From a virus: a stretch of 64,000 bases of DNA. The notes under the pieces were generated by a model that was not told the origin of the DNA, searched no databases, and worked only from the letters and a program-made list of their open reading frames with translations. This document shows, piece by piece, positions 20,733 through 30,427 of the stretch. Positions within the stretch are counted from its first letter, which is position 1; each line of letters opens with the position of its first letter. The stretch lies in IMG/VR virus record IMGVR_UViG_3300033144_003384, positions 1-64,000 of that record, one strand, 5' to 3'. The position numbers were made by a program, and so were the translations under genes.

Positions 20733-20812
20733 TGGTGCCAACCTGCGGAATTGAACCGCAGCCCCTTTCCCGATATCACTCGGGGGTTACCTTGGGTGTT
20801 TATCCCGTTGGC
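20733..20812 (-). ncRNA. Atypical tRNA-like RNA (acceptor stem, T-arm and ACCA; no canonical anticodon arm)
   Basis: GCCAAC...CTGCGG TTCAATT CCGCAG GTTGGC ACCA; internal CCCGA-GTGATA-TCGGG has a 6-nt loop. Confidence 0.7.
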
Positions 20813-20813
20813 A

Positions 20814-20986
20814 TGGTAGTTGCTCGATCCCCCTCCGGAGAGTGGGGGCAGTAGGGAGGCTATCCGCGTCTTACCTTTTCAGCAGGGCTCGTATTAGGTT
20901 TCCCCGCGCAGTCCCCGTTGGGGGCGATGCGGGTTTCGCTGCCGGAGGTTCACTCCCGTCCCCACACTCAGGGTGGGGATCGAACT
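20814..20986 (-). ncRNA. ~173-nt rod-shaped structured RNA (6S/Ms1-like candidate) ending in ACCA
   Basis: Nested pairings GTTCGATCCCC/GGGGATCGAGC, GAGTG-GGGG/CCCC-CACTC, GGGAG/CTCCC, GGCAG/CTGCT, CCCC/GGGG. Confidence 0.6.
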
Positions 20987-20990
20987 GTCA

Positions 20991-21051
20991 CTATTCAGTT
21001 GTCAAGGTGCTTTACTACCTATAGTGTCTCACATAACCACCCTCTTGTCAA
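20991..21051 (-). promoter_or_regulatory. Promoter plus rrn-type boxA-like antitermination sequence
   Basis: TTGACA-17-GACACT, then GCACCTTGACAACTGAATAG resembling Gram-positive rRNA-operon boxA. Confidence 0.6.
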
Positions 21052-21119
21052 GGGTTATCTCGGATTGTTTTATCTAATAAGCACTTGACACACTATGCTC
21101 AGTAGTATACAATGGATGT

Positions 21120-21347
21120 ATGCTACTAACTACTATGACACTCCGAGAGACATACGCCGCGCTCCCGTCTGCACAGACGGAACGGGTAACACGCTTCTGG
21201 TTCAAGTCGCCGTGCTACTTCGTAAGAGCAATCGACGTCGCCATTCACATCACGCTACCAGAGTTGATCGACGGCTTCATGCCGATATCGGCTGCGTGGC
21301 TCCGAAAGGAATCGCCACGCTGGGGTCGAAGCTGGAGAAGTTGGTGA
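21120..21347 (+). CDS. 75-aa hypothetical protein, paralog of 30101-30328, leaderless
   Basis: TTGACA-17-TACAAT-6nt-ATG; ends SPRWGRSWRSW. Confidence 0.8.
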   Translation: MLLTTMTLRETYAALPSAQTERVTRFWFKSPCYFVRAIDVAIHITLPELIDGFMPISAAWLRKESPRWGRSWRSW

Positions 21348-21867
21348 AAGTACCCAAAGTCGAGGGCCCCTCCGGGGGCCCTTTTCTCGTGGCCCGGTAA
21401 GCCCCGGCTTCGCCTCATCTTGGCGTGCAAGGGAGGTGCGATCCAGGTGATCCGGCGGGGCTCGACGAGGAGGGGAGGGCCATCCCTCCCCAGCCACTCG
21501 TTCTTCAGCTCCTCGCCAGCTCCCGCATGAAGTTGGCATACTGGTTGAGATAACGGTCGATCTCGGGGTTGCCCCCGACAAAGATGACCCTTTCCTCGGT
21601 GCCTTTCGAGTCCTGACCGCACGGGCAGTCATCCATCGCTGGCGGGCGATATGACGGTTGCTCCTGCCCGCAGGTAACGCAGAAGTCCTTTGTGATAGTG
21701 CTCATACCCTTCCTTTCCTATTCGGGCTTACTCCCCCATCATATCAGGGGGGTGCGACAGCTTCTCATCCTGAGCGCCTACTTCACGTTTCAAACAATTC
21801 GATATTGCCCCTAGTAATTGTCACACCCCCGTGATACACTAGTACTAACAAGAGCAAAGGAGGCAAA

Positions 21868-22092
21868 ATGATCAACATGTATCACGACCCAGAGGTACCG
21901 GCAGGGTATCAAGATGCGGACCTCGAAATGAGGGACTTGCGGGAAGCCGCAAACGAATCGTACGAACAAGCATTCAGGGGACGGTGCATTGACTGTCACG
22001 GCAGGGGCGGATATCAGGATTACAACAATCACGGTAGCCGCAGAAGCTACCAAATCTGTTCGACCTGCGGTGGTGCTGGCGAACTGTTCTGA
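21868..22092 (+). CDS. Small DnaJ-type zinc-finger protein
   Basis: CIDCHGRG and CSTCGGAG; RBS AAAGGAGG. Confidence 0.65.
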   Translation: MINMYHDPEVPAGYQDADLEMRDLREAANESYEQAFRGRCIDCHGRGGYQDYNNHGSRRSYQICSTCGGAGELF

Positions 22093-23012
22093 TCCACCAA
22101 ACTCGAAGCCCCCGCTCCGGCGGGGGTTTTCTTGTGGGCCCAGCACGCCCCGCCGATCCGCAGTTCGTCGAACGACACGAAGGTAATAGACATGGTTGTT
22201 TGAGTATGCTTACCTGGCGAAGGCGGGGCTCGCCCGGTGCAAAGGAGCCGAGTGCCCAGTTCGGATCGTTTTACCCGGTAAGCCCCGTTGACGCAAAGAA
22301 AAAGCCCCCCGACGGGGGCTCCTCCTTGTTCTTCAGCTCAGTTTGTTGTGTCGTAGTCCTTCTTGTCGAGTATTGCGTCGCAACTGATGCACTCGATCTC
22401 AAGCACTATCCGGTCAAGCGGCACAGCGTTTGCCTCGTCCATGTCGAGCCGTCCGTCCTTCGTGCTTGCTGGGACGTTATTCACATCCTCCACGAGAACG
22501 TAGACAAACTCGTGCTTGCATTCGCTCATGCTGCTACTTTCTGGCCGAGTACCAATCCGAGTACGACTGCGTCTAGGTAGTCGATGAAGTCTTGATATGT
22601 TCTCCGCCTGTCTCCGAACTTCGACGTTGATACACCTCCGTGGTCGGAGCCTTCCTCCAACCGCCAACCTCCGTAGGTGGAGTTGTAGTCGATGGTGAGT
22701 TCGAGTCCTGTCATGTTGGCGATGTTGCCAACCTTCAGGTTGATCGTCTCACGCTTGGCTTGCTTGCTCATATGCCTCTCCTGTCCATGCCACCAAGCTT
22801 TGGCTCGGTTGGCTTTCCTTGCAGGTGGCGGAGTGCCGTGAAGGTGTCCACGACGAACATGCAGTCTCGGGCAGCGTTAGCGTCGCCCTCTTCCTCGAAC
22901 ATGATGGCCATAGCCCGGAAACGCTCGATGCGTTCCAGCGATGGTGTGCGCTTCTCTATGAAGCGTCCGATCTGGTCGTGGTTTGTCATGTTGTCTCCTT
23001 TCCTTTGTTCTA

Positions 23013-23088
23013 AGTATACCAGTATTCAGGTTGGATGTCAAGTGAATAAACAAAAGGACTTGACAAAAGGGGTCCAATGCTGTATACT
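23013..23088. promoter_or_regulatory. Back-to-back sigma-A-type promoters
   Basis: TTGACA-17-TATACT on both strands. Confidence 0.85.
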
Positions 23089-23756
23089 GTAAGTAGGAAG
23101 GAGGCCACACTATGACAAAGTTTGACACACCGCTAGCAGAAAAGCTGTACGGAGAGATGCCAGACGACGAAAGCGGGTCCGTACAGGAACTCGGCTGGTA
23201 CGGACGCTACGACAGCGAGCTGGTCATCCTCAACGAAGACTCCGATGGGTTCGTCAACACATTCGAAGCAATCGACAAGGCAGACCTCGACCGATTCTGG
23301 AGCCTAGTAACCAAGGAATACGAGCTGTACTACAGCATCTCCTGACCATCAACCAAAAGGAGGAGCCTCCCTCACGGGAGGCTTTCCTTGTGTCCTCGGC
23401 AAGTCCCGCCCAGGTCAGAACAAGGGCTTCTCGGACCAGGCCACTTCGCCACGCTTCTTCGTGATGTCGATGCAGTTCCCGTGCGCCCACCCGGTTGGAC
23501 TCGAAGCCAAAGTGATCGAGTTTCCCCCGCCCTGCCTCCGGTTCTGCACCCACCCGACAACACGACGATAGTTCCCATTCGCCTTCGTGTCCACAGGCTC
23601 CTTACAGAACTCGCAATTGATGTTCGGTGTCATGTCGGTACCTTACTCTCATCAGATTTGTCCTACAACAACGACGCGGTTGCGCCATCGTTCTTGCAGA
23701 ATCCGATATCGCCGGGGCTCCAAGAGGAGGGGGCCCTTTCGGACCCCCAGCTCTCA

Positions 23757-24758
23757 TCAGACCAGATTCAGAATCGCCTGCTCGGCGACCATCTTCTTCT
23801 GCGACACCAGTGACGTTGAGTCCATGGATGCCATTGCACGGGCGATGCCCGAACCGCTGCGTCCGTGGTCTAGATACTCGGTGACAGCGTTGTACAGCCC
23901 CCATCCGTTGAACCCGACCAGACCAGCGTTGCGGTTGTTGTTGAAACGTACCCTGACGTCCGTCAAGATTTCGTCACGGTTTCGCTCTTTGCGATCCGTG
24001 TCGGCATCTGCGGCTGGCCATAAGGCGTTCAACACGACATCCACATTCTGCGATGCCTGCGGCACCGGGATGCGTAACAGCTCTTCGGCACGAGCCTTGA
24101 AGGCTTCCGCCCACTCGGTCGATATCTGCAACACCGCCTGTGCCTCTTGCAACGTGTCTTCGTAGTTCGGCGTGTGCCTTGCCTTGAAGGTCGATCGGGC
24201 CATCTGGTGGCCAAACCTGCACGTGTTGGCGCATACTGGGCGTATGTCCGTGTTTGAGTAAACGATCGGCATGGTTCCGTCGTGTGACGTTTGTACCAGC
24301 AAGAATCGGTCGATCTTGTCGTTGACACCGACGGGGTCGATGATCAGCGAGCCAAGGTCGATGGATGCGAAAAACTGGCGTCCGTCTTTCAGGACACCTA
24401 ACGTTTCGATCACAGCATCTCCGTTGGACGCGCCAACGACCGCTAGCGCCTTTTCAAGCACCACGGCGTTCTGTACTACCCGATAGCGCTTCTTCATAAC
24501 CTCGAAAGGCACCAGCGTTCCATCATGGTTGACCCGTGTCGTTGCGAAACGATCCGTGATCTCGATGAACTCACCAGCGTCATTCTGAACGAAGACAGGA
24601 CGTAGGTCGACGTGATAGTTGGCGTGTGCGATCTCAAGCATTTGCTCGGCTGATTGCAACCCAACGACTGGCGTCCCTAGTCCGTGCCATGGTGTACCAG
24701 ACTCGATGTTGTAGGCGAAGTTTGCCTTACCGTTTACGATCTCTAGTTCGTGTGACAT
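23757..24758 (-). CDS. DUF932 / TIGR03299 phage-plasmid protein
   Basis: PWHGLG, YRVVQN, SHDG, IRPVCANT, RHT, WGLYNAVTEYLDH. Confidence 0.9.
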   Translation of the reverse strand: MSHELEIVNGKANFAYNIESGTPWHGLGTPVVGLQSAEQMLEIAHANYHVDLRPVFVQNDAGEFIEITDRFATTRVNHDGTLVPFEVMKKRYRVVQNAVVLEKALAVVGASNGDAVIETLGVLKDGRQFFASIDLGSLIIDPVGVNDKIDRFLLVQTSHDGTMPIVYSNTDIRPVCANTCRFGHQMARSTFKARHTPNYEDTLQEAQAVLQISTEWAEAFKARAEELLRIPVPQASQNVDVVLNALWPAADADTDRKERNRDEILTDVRVRFNNNRNAGLVGFNGWGLYNAVTEYLDHGRSGSGIARAMASMDSTSLVSQKKMVAEQAILNLV

Positions 24759-24867
24759 GTGGTTTCTCCCCTCCTTTCCTTTTGTGTCTTGTTTAGATAA
24801 TATCACATTGAACAAACGATGTCAAGTACTTGTTGCACTCGAACACCTGTTCGGTTAGAGTTTCAGT

Positions 24868-26925
24868 ATGAAACCAGCCCAAGAGTCACAGGTTCTCCTC
24901 GCCCAAGACCACCTTGCACTCCTCTTCCCATATGTACCTGACCAGATCAAAGAACTGAAGGAGATACCCGGAGCCAAGTGGGACAAGCTCTCCCGAACTT
25001 GGCGAGTCCCGCTACGCCAGCTCGCTGATGTCAAGCGATTCGCCGAAAAACATGAGTTTTGGGTTGACCCAGATGTCCTTGCCATCCGAATGCCCGAAGA
25101 ACCCTTCGGCACAGCTCAGTTCTACCACGAGAACACCTCCTTCTACGTCGAGTTCTCCTATGACCCGGTCATGGTCCAGTCCATCAAAGAGATCACCGGA
25201 GTGAAATGGAACGGAAAAGAGATGCGCTGGTCCGCCCCCGCCTCGGCCCTCATCGAAGTCGTCAGTTGGGCCGATCGTTTCAAAGTTCCAGTCCCAGAAG
25301 ACATCCGACAACTCATCGAAGGAGAAGCCGGACTTCGAGAACAGCTCGTCGACCTGTCCCGATCAACGGGACTCGACGCCCCCATCGAGATCGCCGGGCT
25401 CGAAGGAGAGCTGATGGGGTTCCAACATGTCGGAGTGAAGTATGCCCTCGAAACCAAGAGATGCTTCATTGCGGACGAAATGGGCCTCGGAAAGACGCTG
25501 CAAGCCATCGCTGCCCTCCAAGTCGGCAAAGCGTGGCCTGCTGTCGTCGTTTGCCCACCCACACTGACCCTGAACTGGGTGTACGAGATACGAAAGTGGC
25601 TACCCGAACTCACCATCAGCCACATCCAAGGCATGGCGAAGGCTGCATACTGCTCCAGTGTCCTGGATGCCTGGGACAGTCCCGTGTCTCCGCCAGGTAA
25701 AGAAGGCTGGTTCGAGGTGTCGTCGAAGAAAGACGCCAAGGAAACTGCGGGGCTCCTCTCCTCCTCGGATGTCGTCGTCCTCGGATACTCAACCCTCGGA
25801 AGCTGGCTGCCCGTTCTCGCCCGATTCGCTACGTCAGTTGTGTTCGACGAGTCGCAATACATCAAAACGCCCACCGCCAAGCGCACCAAAGCCTCCATCA
25901 AGCTCGCCAAGGGGTGCCAGAGCGATTCTTCGATGGTGTTGTGCCTCACAGGTACCCCAATCACCAATCGGCCCGCTGAGTACGTCCCACAGCTTCAAGC
26001 CCTCGGACGCATAGACGACTTCGGTGGCGCATGGCCGTTCTACAAGAAGTTCTGCAACGCCTTCAAGGACAGGTGGGGGCAGTGGCATCTCGAAGGAGCG
26101 AACAACCTCGAAGAACTCAACTACCGCCTCCGGGCCACATGCTATGTGCGTAGGAAGAAGAACGAAGTCCTCAACGACCTCGACGAGATCAGGTACTCCG
26201 TCATTCACGTCGAAGGAGACCCGGCGGTCATGTCGGAGTACCACAAAGCGGAGCGGGACATAGCGACCTTCATGGCGAACCGGGCGGCGGAGATTGCGAG
26301 GGAACTCGGAACGAACCCTCGGTCTGCGGCTGTCCGTGCGAGAATTCGGGCGGAGTCTGCCGAACATCTCGTAAGGATTGCTGCCCTCCGTCGGCTAGCG
26401 GCAAAGGCGAAGATGAAGCCCATCATGGAGCTGGTCGATTCCCACATTGAGGACGGATCGAAGGTTGTGTTGGCAGCTCACCATCGTGATGTCGTGGATG
26501 AGTTGGCCAACAAGTACGGCGGGTACAAGATTCAGGGCGGGCAAGCCCCGGAGGAGGTTGAGCTGTTTAAGGATCGGTTCCAGAAGATGCCCGTGGATGA
26601 GGTTCCCGTGATGGTTCTTTCGATTCAGGCTGCTAAAGCGGGCCATACTTTGACGGCTGCCCAAGACATCGTGTTGGTCGAACTGCCTTGGACACCTGCG
26701 GACGTTGACCAAGTGATCGCTCGGCTTCACCGCATTGGACAGGAGGGGTCGGTGATGGCGACGTTCATGTTGACTGAAGGGACGATTGACGAGAAGCTGT
26801 ATGCCCTGTTGCGTGAGAAACGCCGCATCGTGGATGCTGCCACGGAGGGTGGCGAGCTTGTCACGGGCGACGTCCTCGGTGATTTGGTTATGTCGTTTGC
26901 TGAGATGGGCCTAGCTGATCTGTAG
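24868..26925 (+). CDS. SNF2-family helicase with two N-terminal HARP-like repeats
   Basis: IADEMGLGKT, FDESQ, LTGTP, Q..ARLHRIGQ; repeats FPY.P....LKEIPGAKW and FSYDP....IKEITGVKW. Confidence 0.9.
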   Translation: MKPAQESQVLLAQDHLALLFPYVPDQIKELKEIPGAKWDKLSRTWRVPLRQLADVKRFAEKHEFWVDPDVLAIRMPEEPFGTAQFYHENTSFYVEFSYDPVMVQSIKEITGVKWNGKEMRWSAPASALIEVVSWADRFKVPVPEDIRQLIEGEAGLREQLVDLSRSTGLDAPIEIAGLEGELMGFQHVGVKYALETKRCFIADEMGLGKTLQAIAALQVGKAWPAVVVCPPTLTLNWVYEIRKWLPELTISHIQGMAKAAYCSSVLDAWDSPVSPPGKEGWFEVSSKKDAKETAGLLSSSDVVVLGYSTLGSWLPVLARFATSVVFDESQYIKTPTAKRTKASIKLAKGCQSDSSMVLCLTGTPITNRPAEYVPQLQALGRIDDFGGAWPFYKKFCNAFKDRWGQWHLEGANNLEELNYRLRATCYVRRKKNEVLNDLDEIRYSVIHVEGDPAVMSEYHKAERDIATFMANRAAEIARELGTNPRSAAVRARIRAESAEHLVRIAALRRLAAKAKMKPIMELVDSHIEDGSKVVLAAHHRDVVDELANKYGGYKIQGGQAPEEVELFKDRFQKMPVDEVPVMVLSIQAAKAGHTLTAAQDIVLVELPWTPADVDQVIARLHRIGQEGSVMATFMLTEGTIDEKLYALLREKRRIVDAATEGGELVTGDVLGDLVMSFAEMGLADL

Positions 26926-27870
26926 CTCCTTGGCGTCTAGCCCGTCACCGCAGATGAGGCAGTACACCGCTTGGTCGATGCCTCCCTCTACGAACGTGCC
27001 TTTGTCCCAGTCCACGGTCACGGAGCTTCCGTACCTCTGGGCGTTGTATGCCATGCGCTCGGACTGCAAGACCTCCACGTACTTGTGCGGGCAGTCGGGG
27101 TCAACGGTAGGTGCGTCCTTGAACTGGTCTTCCCCGTAGTTGCCTGTGATGTACCTGTCCAGTGCGGGTCCGTCGATGGTCATGTTCGTGTCCTTGGGTT
27201 GACCATTGGGATCGGCGGGTCGATCTGTTCGTGGTCCATGATTTCGATGGCGTAACCCCCGTGCAAGTCCCGTTGGAATTGCTCGATGGCTTCGTCGATG
27301 TCGTCTGCTTCGATTGTGATTTCGACGACTAGTGCGTATGTTGCCATTTCAGCCCCTTATTTCCATCGTTCGATTGTCGGTGAAGTTGTCGAAGGCTCGG
27401 AACCCGCAGGGTTCGTATCCTCCCGACCATACGACTAGGTGTATCTGGTGGTGTTTCGGGTTGTATGTCATCCTGCGTCCTTTCCGCAGATGAGGTTGCC
27501 CATGGTTTCGCAGTTCCACCGCGGGTCGTCCTCTTGGATCGTTTGGCAGTTTGTTTCTTCGTAGCCCGTGATGCAGTTGTCTCCTTGCTCTGAGACGAGC
27601 CACAGTGCGGCCAGAAAGACCACAATAGCTAGTGCGGTTAGTGCCTTTGCCTTCACGACTTGCTCCTTGCGTCCATAGCGGCTAGGCAGAACCCTGCTAC
27701 TAGCTTGTCCCACTCATCAGCTATGTGGTTGGTGAATAGGAATTCGTTTGGCCCTTGTGTCTTTGCTGCTTCTCGGAGCCAGTCGCTTACTGTGTCTACT
27801 GGTACGGCTAGGTCGCCGTTGCGGTTGAAGTAGGGTGCTTGTGCCATGTGTCCTTTCCTTTACTCTCTAT

Positions 27871-27951
27871 AGGATATCAGGTTTCGCCCCTTTTGTCAAG
27901 GATTATTGGTTAGAACAATCACTTGACATCCCTCTCGCCATACTGTATACT
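27871..27951. promoter_or_regulatory. Back-to-back sigma-A-type promoters
   Basis: Minus TTGACA-17-TATCCT; plus TTGACA-17-TATACT. Confidence 0.8.
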
Positions 27952-28773
27952 ATGAAGTACAGAAAGAAGGGAGACAGAATGACCTACAAGATCGCAAGCA
28001 TCCTCATCATCGGAATGCGAATCGCATCCGTCACCGCACTCACGGTCGGCATGTACTTCGCAGGACAGGCAGGCTGAAACGAAGACTTCTCGTACAAGAG
28101 ATGGGTTGAACAAACAAAGCTGAAGGGGCCTTCGGGCCCCTCTTCTTTTTGGCCGCCGGGGCTCCAGGGGTTGACAACCAGCTTGTCCAGTGATATGTTG
28201 ACGACATGGAGAACAAACTCGAACGCACCCCCGACGGGTACTTCCTCATCTGGGACGGAAGAAAAGACGGCCACGATCGGGCCAACCAAAACGCTGCCCT
28301 CGTCCTCAACTGCAATCGGGACAACGGAGTCATCCCCTCGGACTACGAACTCCGCCAATATGACTCTCGCCTCGAAATCCGCACCCAATCTGAAGCCACA
28401 ATGGCCGCCATCATCCGGCTACTACTCAAGAAGCCCCGTGATCGGGGTGTTGCGTCAGCCACTGGCCAAGAACCGCAGCAGACCGCATGAACACTTCCTC
28501 CACCGCAGCAGCCCACGCTGCACGCACTGGCCGATTCATCTCAATGCTCGGCATCTCTGCGTAAGGGATCGCCACGATGACACGGCTTGGGTCTGCGGTC
28601 GTGATGATCTCGAACTCGGCTATGCCCGGAGAGGGAACAAGTATCCCGTAAACGTCGATTTGGTTTGCGAGTCCGGCGGGAGCTTGCACTACTCCGAGCA
28701 CATCTTCCCCGTCAATGTGTTCCATTGGTTCTACCATCGGCATGATCTTAGTACCGGGGCTCCTGGGGGCGGA

Positions 28774-29043
28774 TCACTCCTCGGCAGCTCGGCGTTCCCG
28801 TCGGAGCCGATCCGCTACTACACGCCGATATTTCCTGCGAGGGTCCGGCAACATCCCGCCCCACACACCTGCTTCTTGGTTGGTGTGCACCGCATACTCC
28901 AAGCATTCGTGCCGCACGCTGCACTCGGCGCAGTGCGCCATCAGCCGCTCCTGTCGTGCGGGTGAGCCAAGGTCGAAGAAGTCCAGTCCTGACTCGGCGC
29001 ATTCGCCTAAGTCTCTCCACGTGATATCGAGTTGGATAGCCAT
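28774..29043 (-). CDS. whiB: Second WhiB-family transcription factor
   Basis: WRDLGECA...FF...CAECSVRHECLEYA...GVWGG and basic tail. Confidence 0.9.
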   Translation of the reverse strand: MAIQLDITWRDLGECAESGLDFFDLGSPARQERLMAHCAECSVRHECLEYAVHTNQEAGVWGGMLPDPRRKYRRVVADRLRRERRAAEE

Positions 29044-30100
29044 GTCAAGCATTGTCGCAGCTCAACGAGGGGTTGTCAAGTCCCGTCGGCAAAGAGAAAG
29101 CCCCCGCCGGAGCGGGGGCCGTTGCTTACTTTCGGGGCCACTTTCTGCACTCGGTTGTCGGGTGCGGCTTCCCATTAGCGGGAACGTGGATTCCCATTGA
29201 TCATTCCTTTCTCTTGGCCAATCCTGCTTCGCAGTGCCTTCCCTGTCCTGTCTCTAGGCAAGTCCACTCGGCCTGCCTGTCGTCATTGCACCACCACGAC
29301 ACTGTTTCGTGTGTCTGGTTGCTTTCGTGTGATGTGACGGTGAACCTGCGTTCGGAGAGGCGGTTGGGGTTCGCGTGCTCAAGCTCGACGCCTTCGCCAC
29401 GGTGTCCGCATCCGCATCCCATGAAGTTTTTGGGTGGTGCGCCCATTGCGCCTCCTTTCTTTGTATGTTCTCATTGTACACTACGCCCTGTAGTGTGTCA
29501 AGCTTTTATTCTGAAAACCCGCCAGCGTTGTGCTCGTCGCAGCCTTCGCCATCGAAGCAGCGCTCTCCGCAATACTCGCACGGTGCCCTGTCGCACTTGG
29601 CGCATATCTCGCCGAACCTGTAGCCCAGTGTCTTGGGCAGCATCGGGAACTCGGTGCGTGTCGTCGCTCCGCATTCTTTGCATAGCGGTCCGCTCATCAG
29701 AAGTCCGCCCGATGTACCACTGGCACGCCATCGACCTCTGCCAGCATGACATGCACTAGATGACGCTTGGCCTTACTCGGCCTGAAGTGCTCCATAGCCT
29801 TCAGATGTGCGTGATAGGATGTGTCGCTCCATATCTCGACTTGCTTGCCGTCAAACATTGCGATATAGCCGTTCATACGTTGGCTCTTCCGAAGTCCCAC
29901 GTTCCGGCCTCGATCAGCTTGTCGCACACGCCGTCAAGCCTGCCGACGAAACGGCGCAGTAGCTCGGTGTGTCCGTTGTGCTTCTCAATGGAAGCGATGA
30001 GCTTGCGCGTGCGCTGTTGGTCGCTTGTGATGGCCTGTAGCACGGTCTGTGCCTCGGCGTCTGTCAGTGTTACTCGTACCATGTGTCTCCTTGTGTCTCC

Positions 30101-30328
30101 TTACCAGTTTCTCCAGCTTCGGCCCCATCGTGGTGATGTTGACCGTAGGTAGCGTGTGAGCTTCGGTGCTAGTGCCTCTGTTAGTTCGGGCAGTGCGATG
30201 TGTACTGCGATGTCGATTGACCTTACGAAGCGGCACGGTGAGCCGAATGCGAATCGGCTCTTGGGTGCTTGCTCAAAGTAGGGCAGTAGCTCAAGTGTTT
30301 CGGTGAGTGTGAATGTGCTTGTAAGCAT
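30101..30328 (-). CDS. 75-aa hypothetical protein, paralog of 21120-21347, leaderless
   Basis: TTGACA-17-TATAAT-7nt-ATG; 40/75 identical ungapped by hand count. Confidence 0.8.
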   Translation of the reverse strand: MLTSTFTLTETLELLPYFEQAPKSRFAFGSPCRFVRSIDIAVHIALPELTEALAPKLTRYLRSTSPRWGRSWRNW

Positions 30329-30335
30329 GAGTACA

Positions 30336-30427
30336 TTATAACCTGTAAAGGCTAGGGTTGTCAAGCGATTGTTTGGAATAAATAATCTGAGAAAACACTT
30401 GACAAACGCTCCCCCATAGTGCATACT
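30336..30427. promoter_or_regulatory. Back-to-back sigma-A-type promoters
   Basis: Minus TTGACA-17-TATAAT; plus TTGACA-17-CATACT. Confidence 0.8.

Noticed and set aside
20814-20986. Hammerhead ribozyme, RNase P RNA, SRP RNA or the coding piece of a two-piece tmRNA
   Set aside because: No CUGAnGA core, no GAGGAAAGUCC, no SRP domain IV motif, and no tag frame ending in Ala-Ala.
20503-21024. Short ORFs called over the RNA operon (20503-20703, 20654-20854, 20842-21024)
   Set aside because: No RBS or protein-like features; better explained as shadows of structured RNAs.
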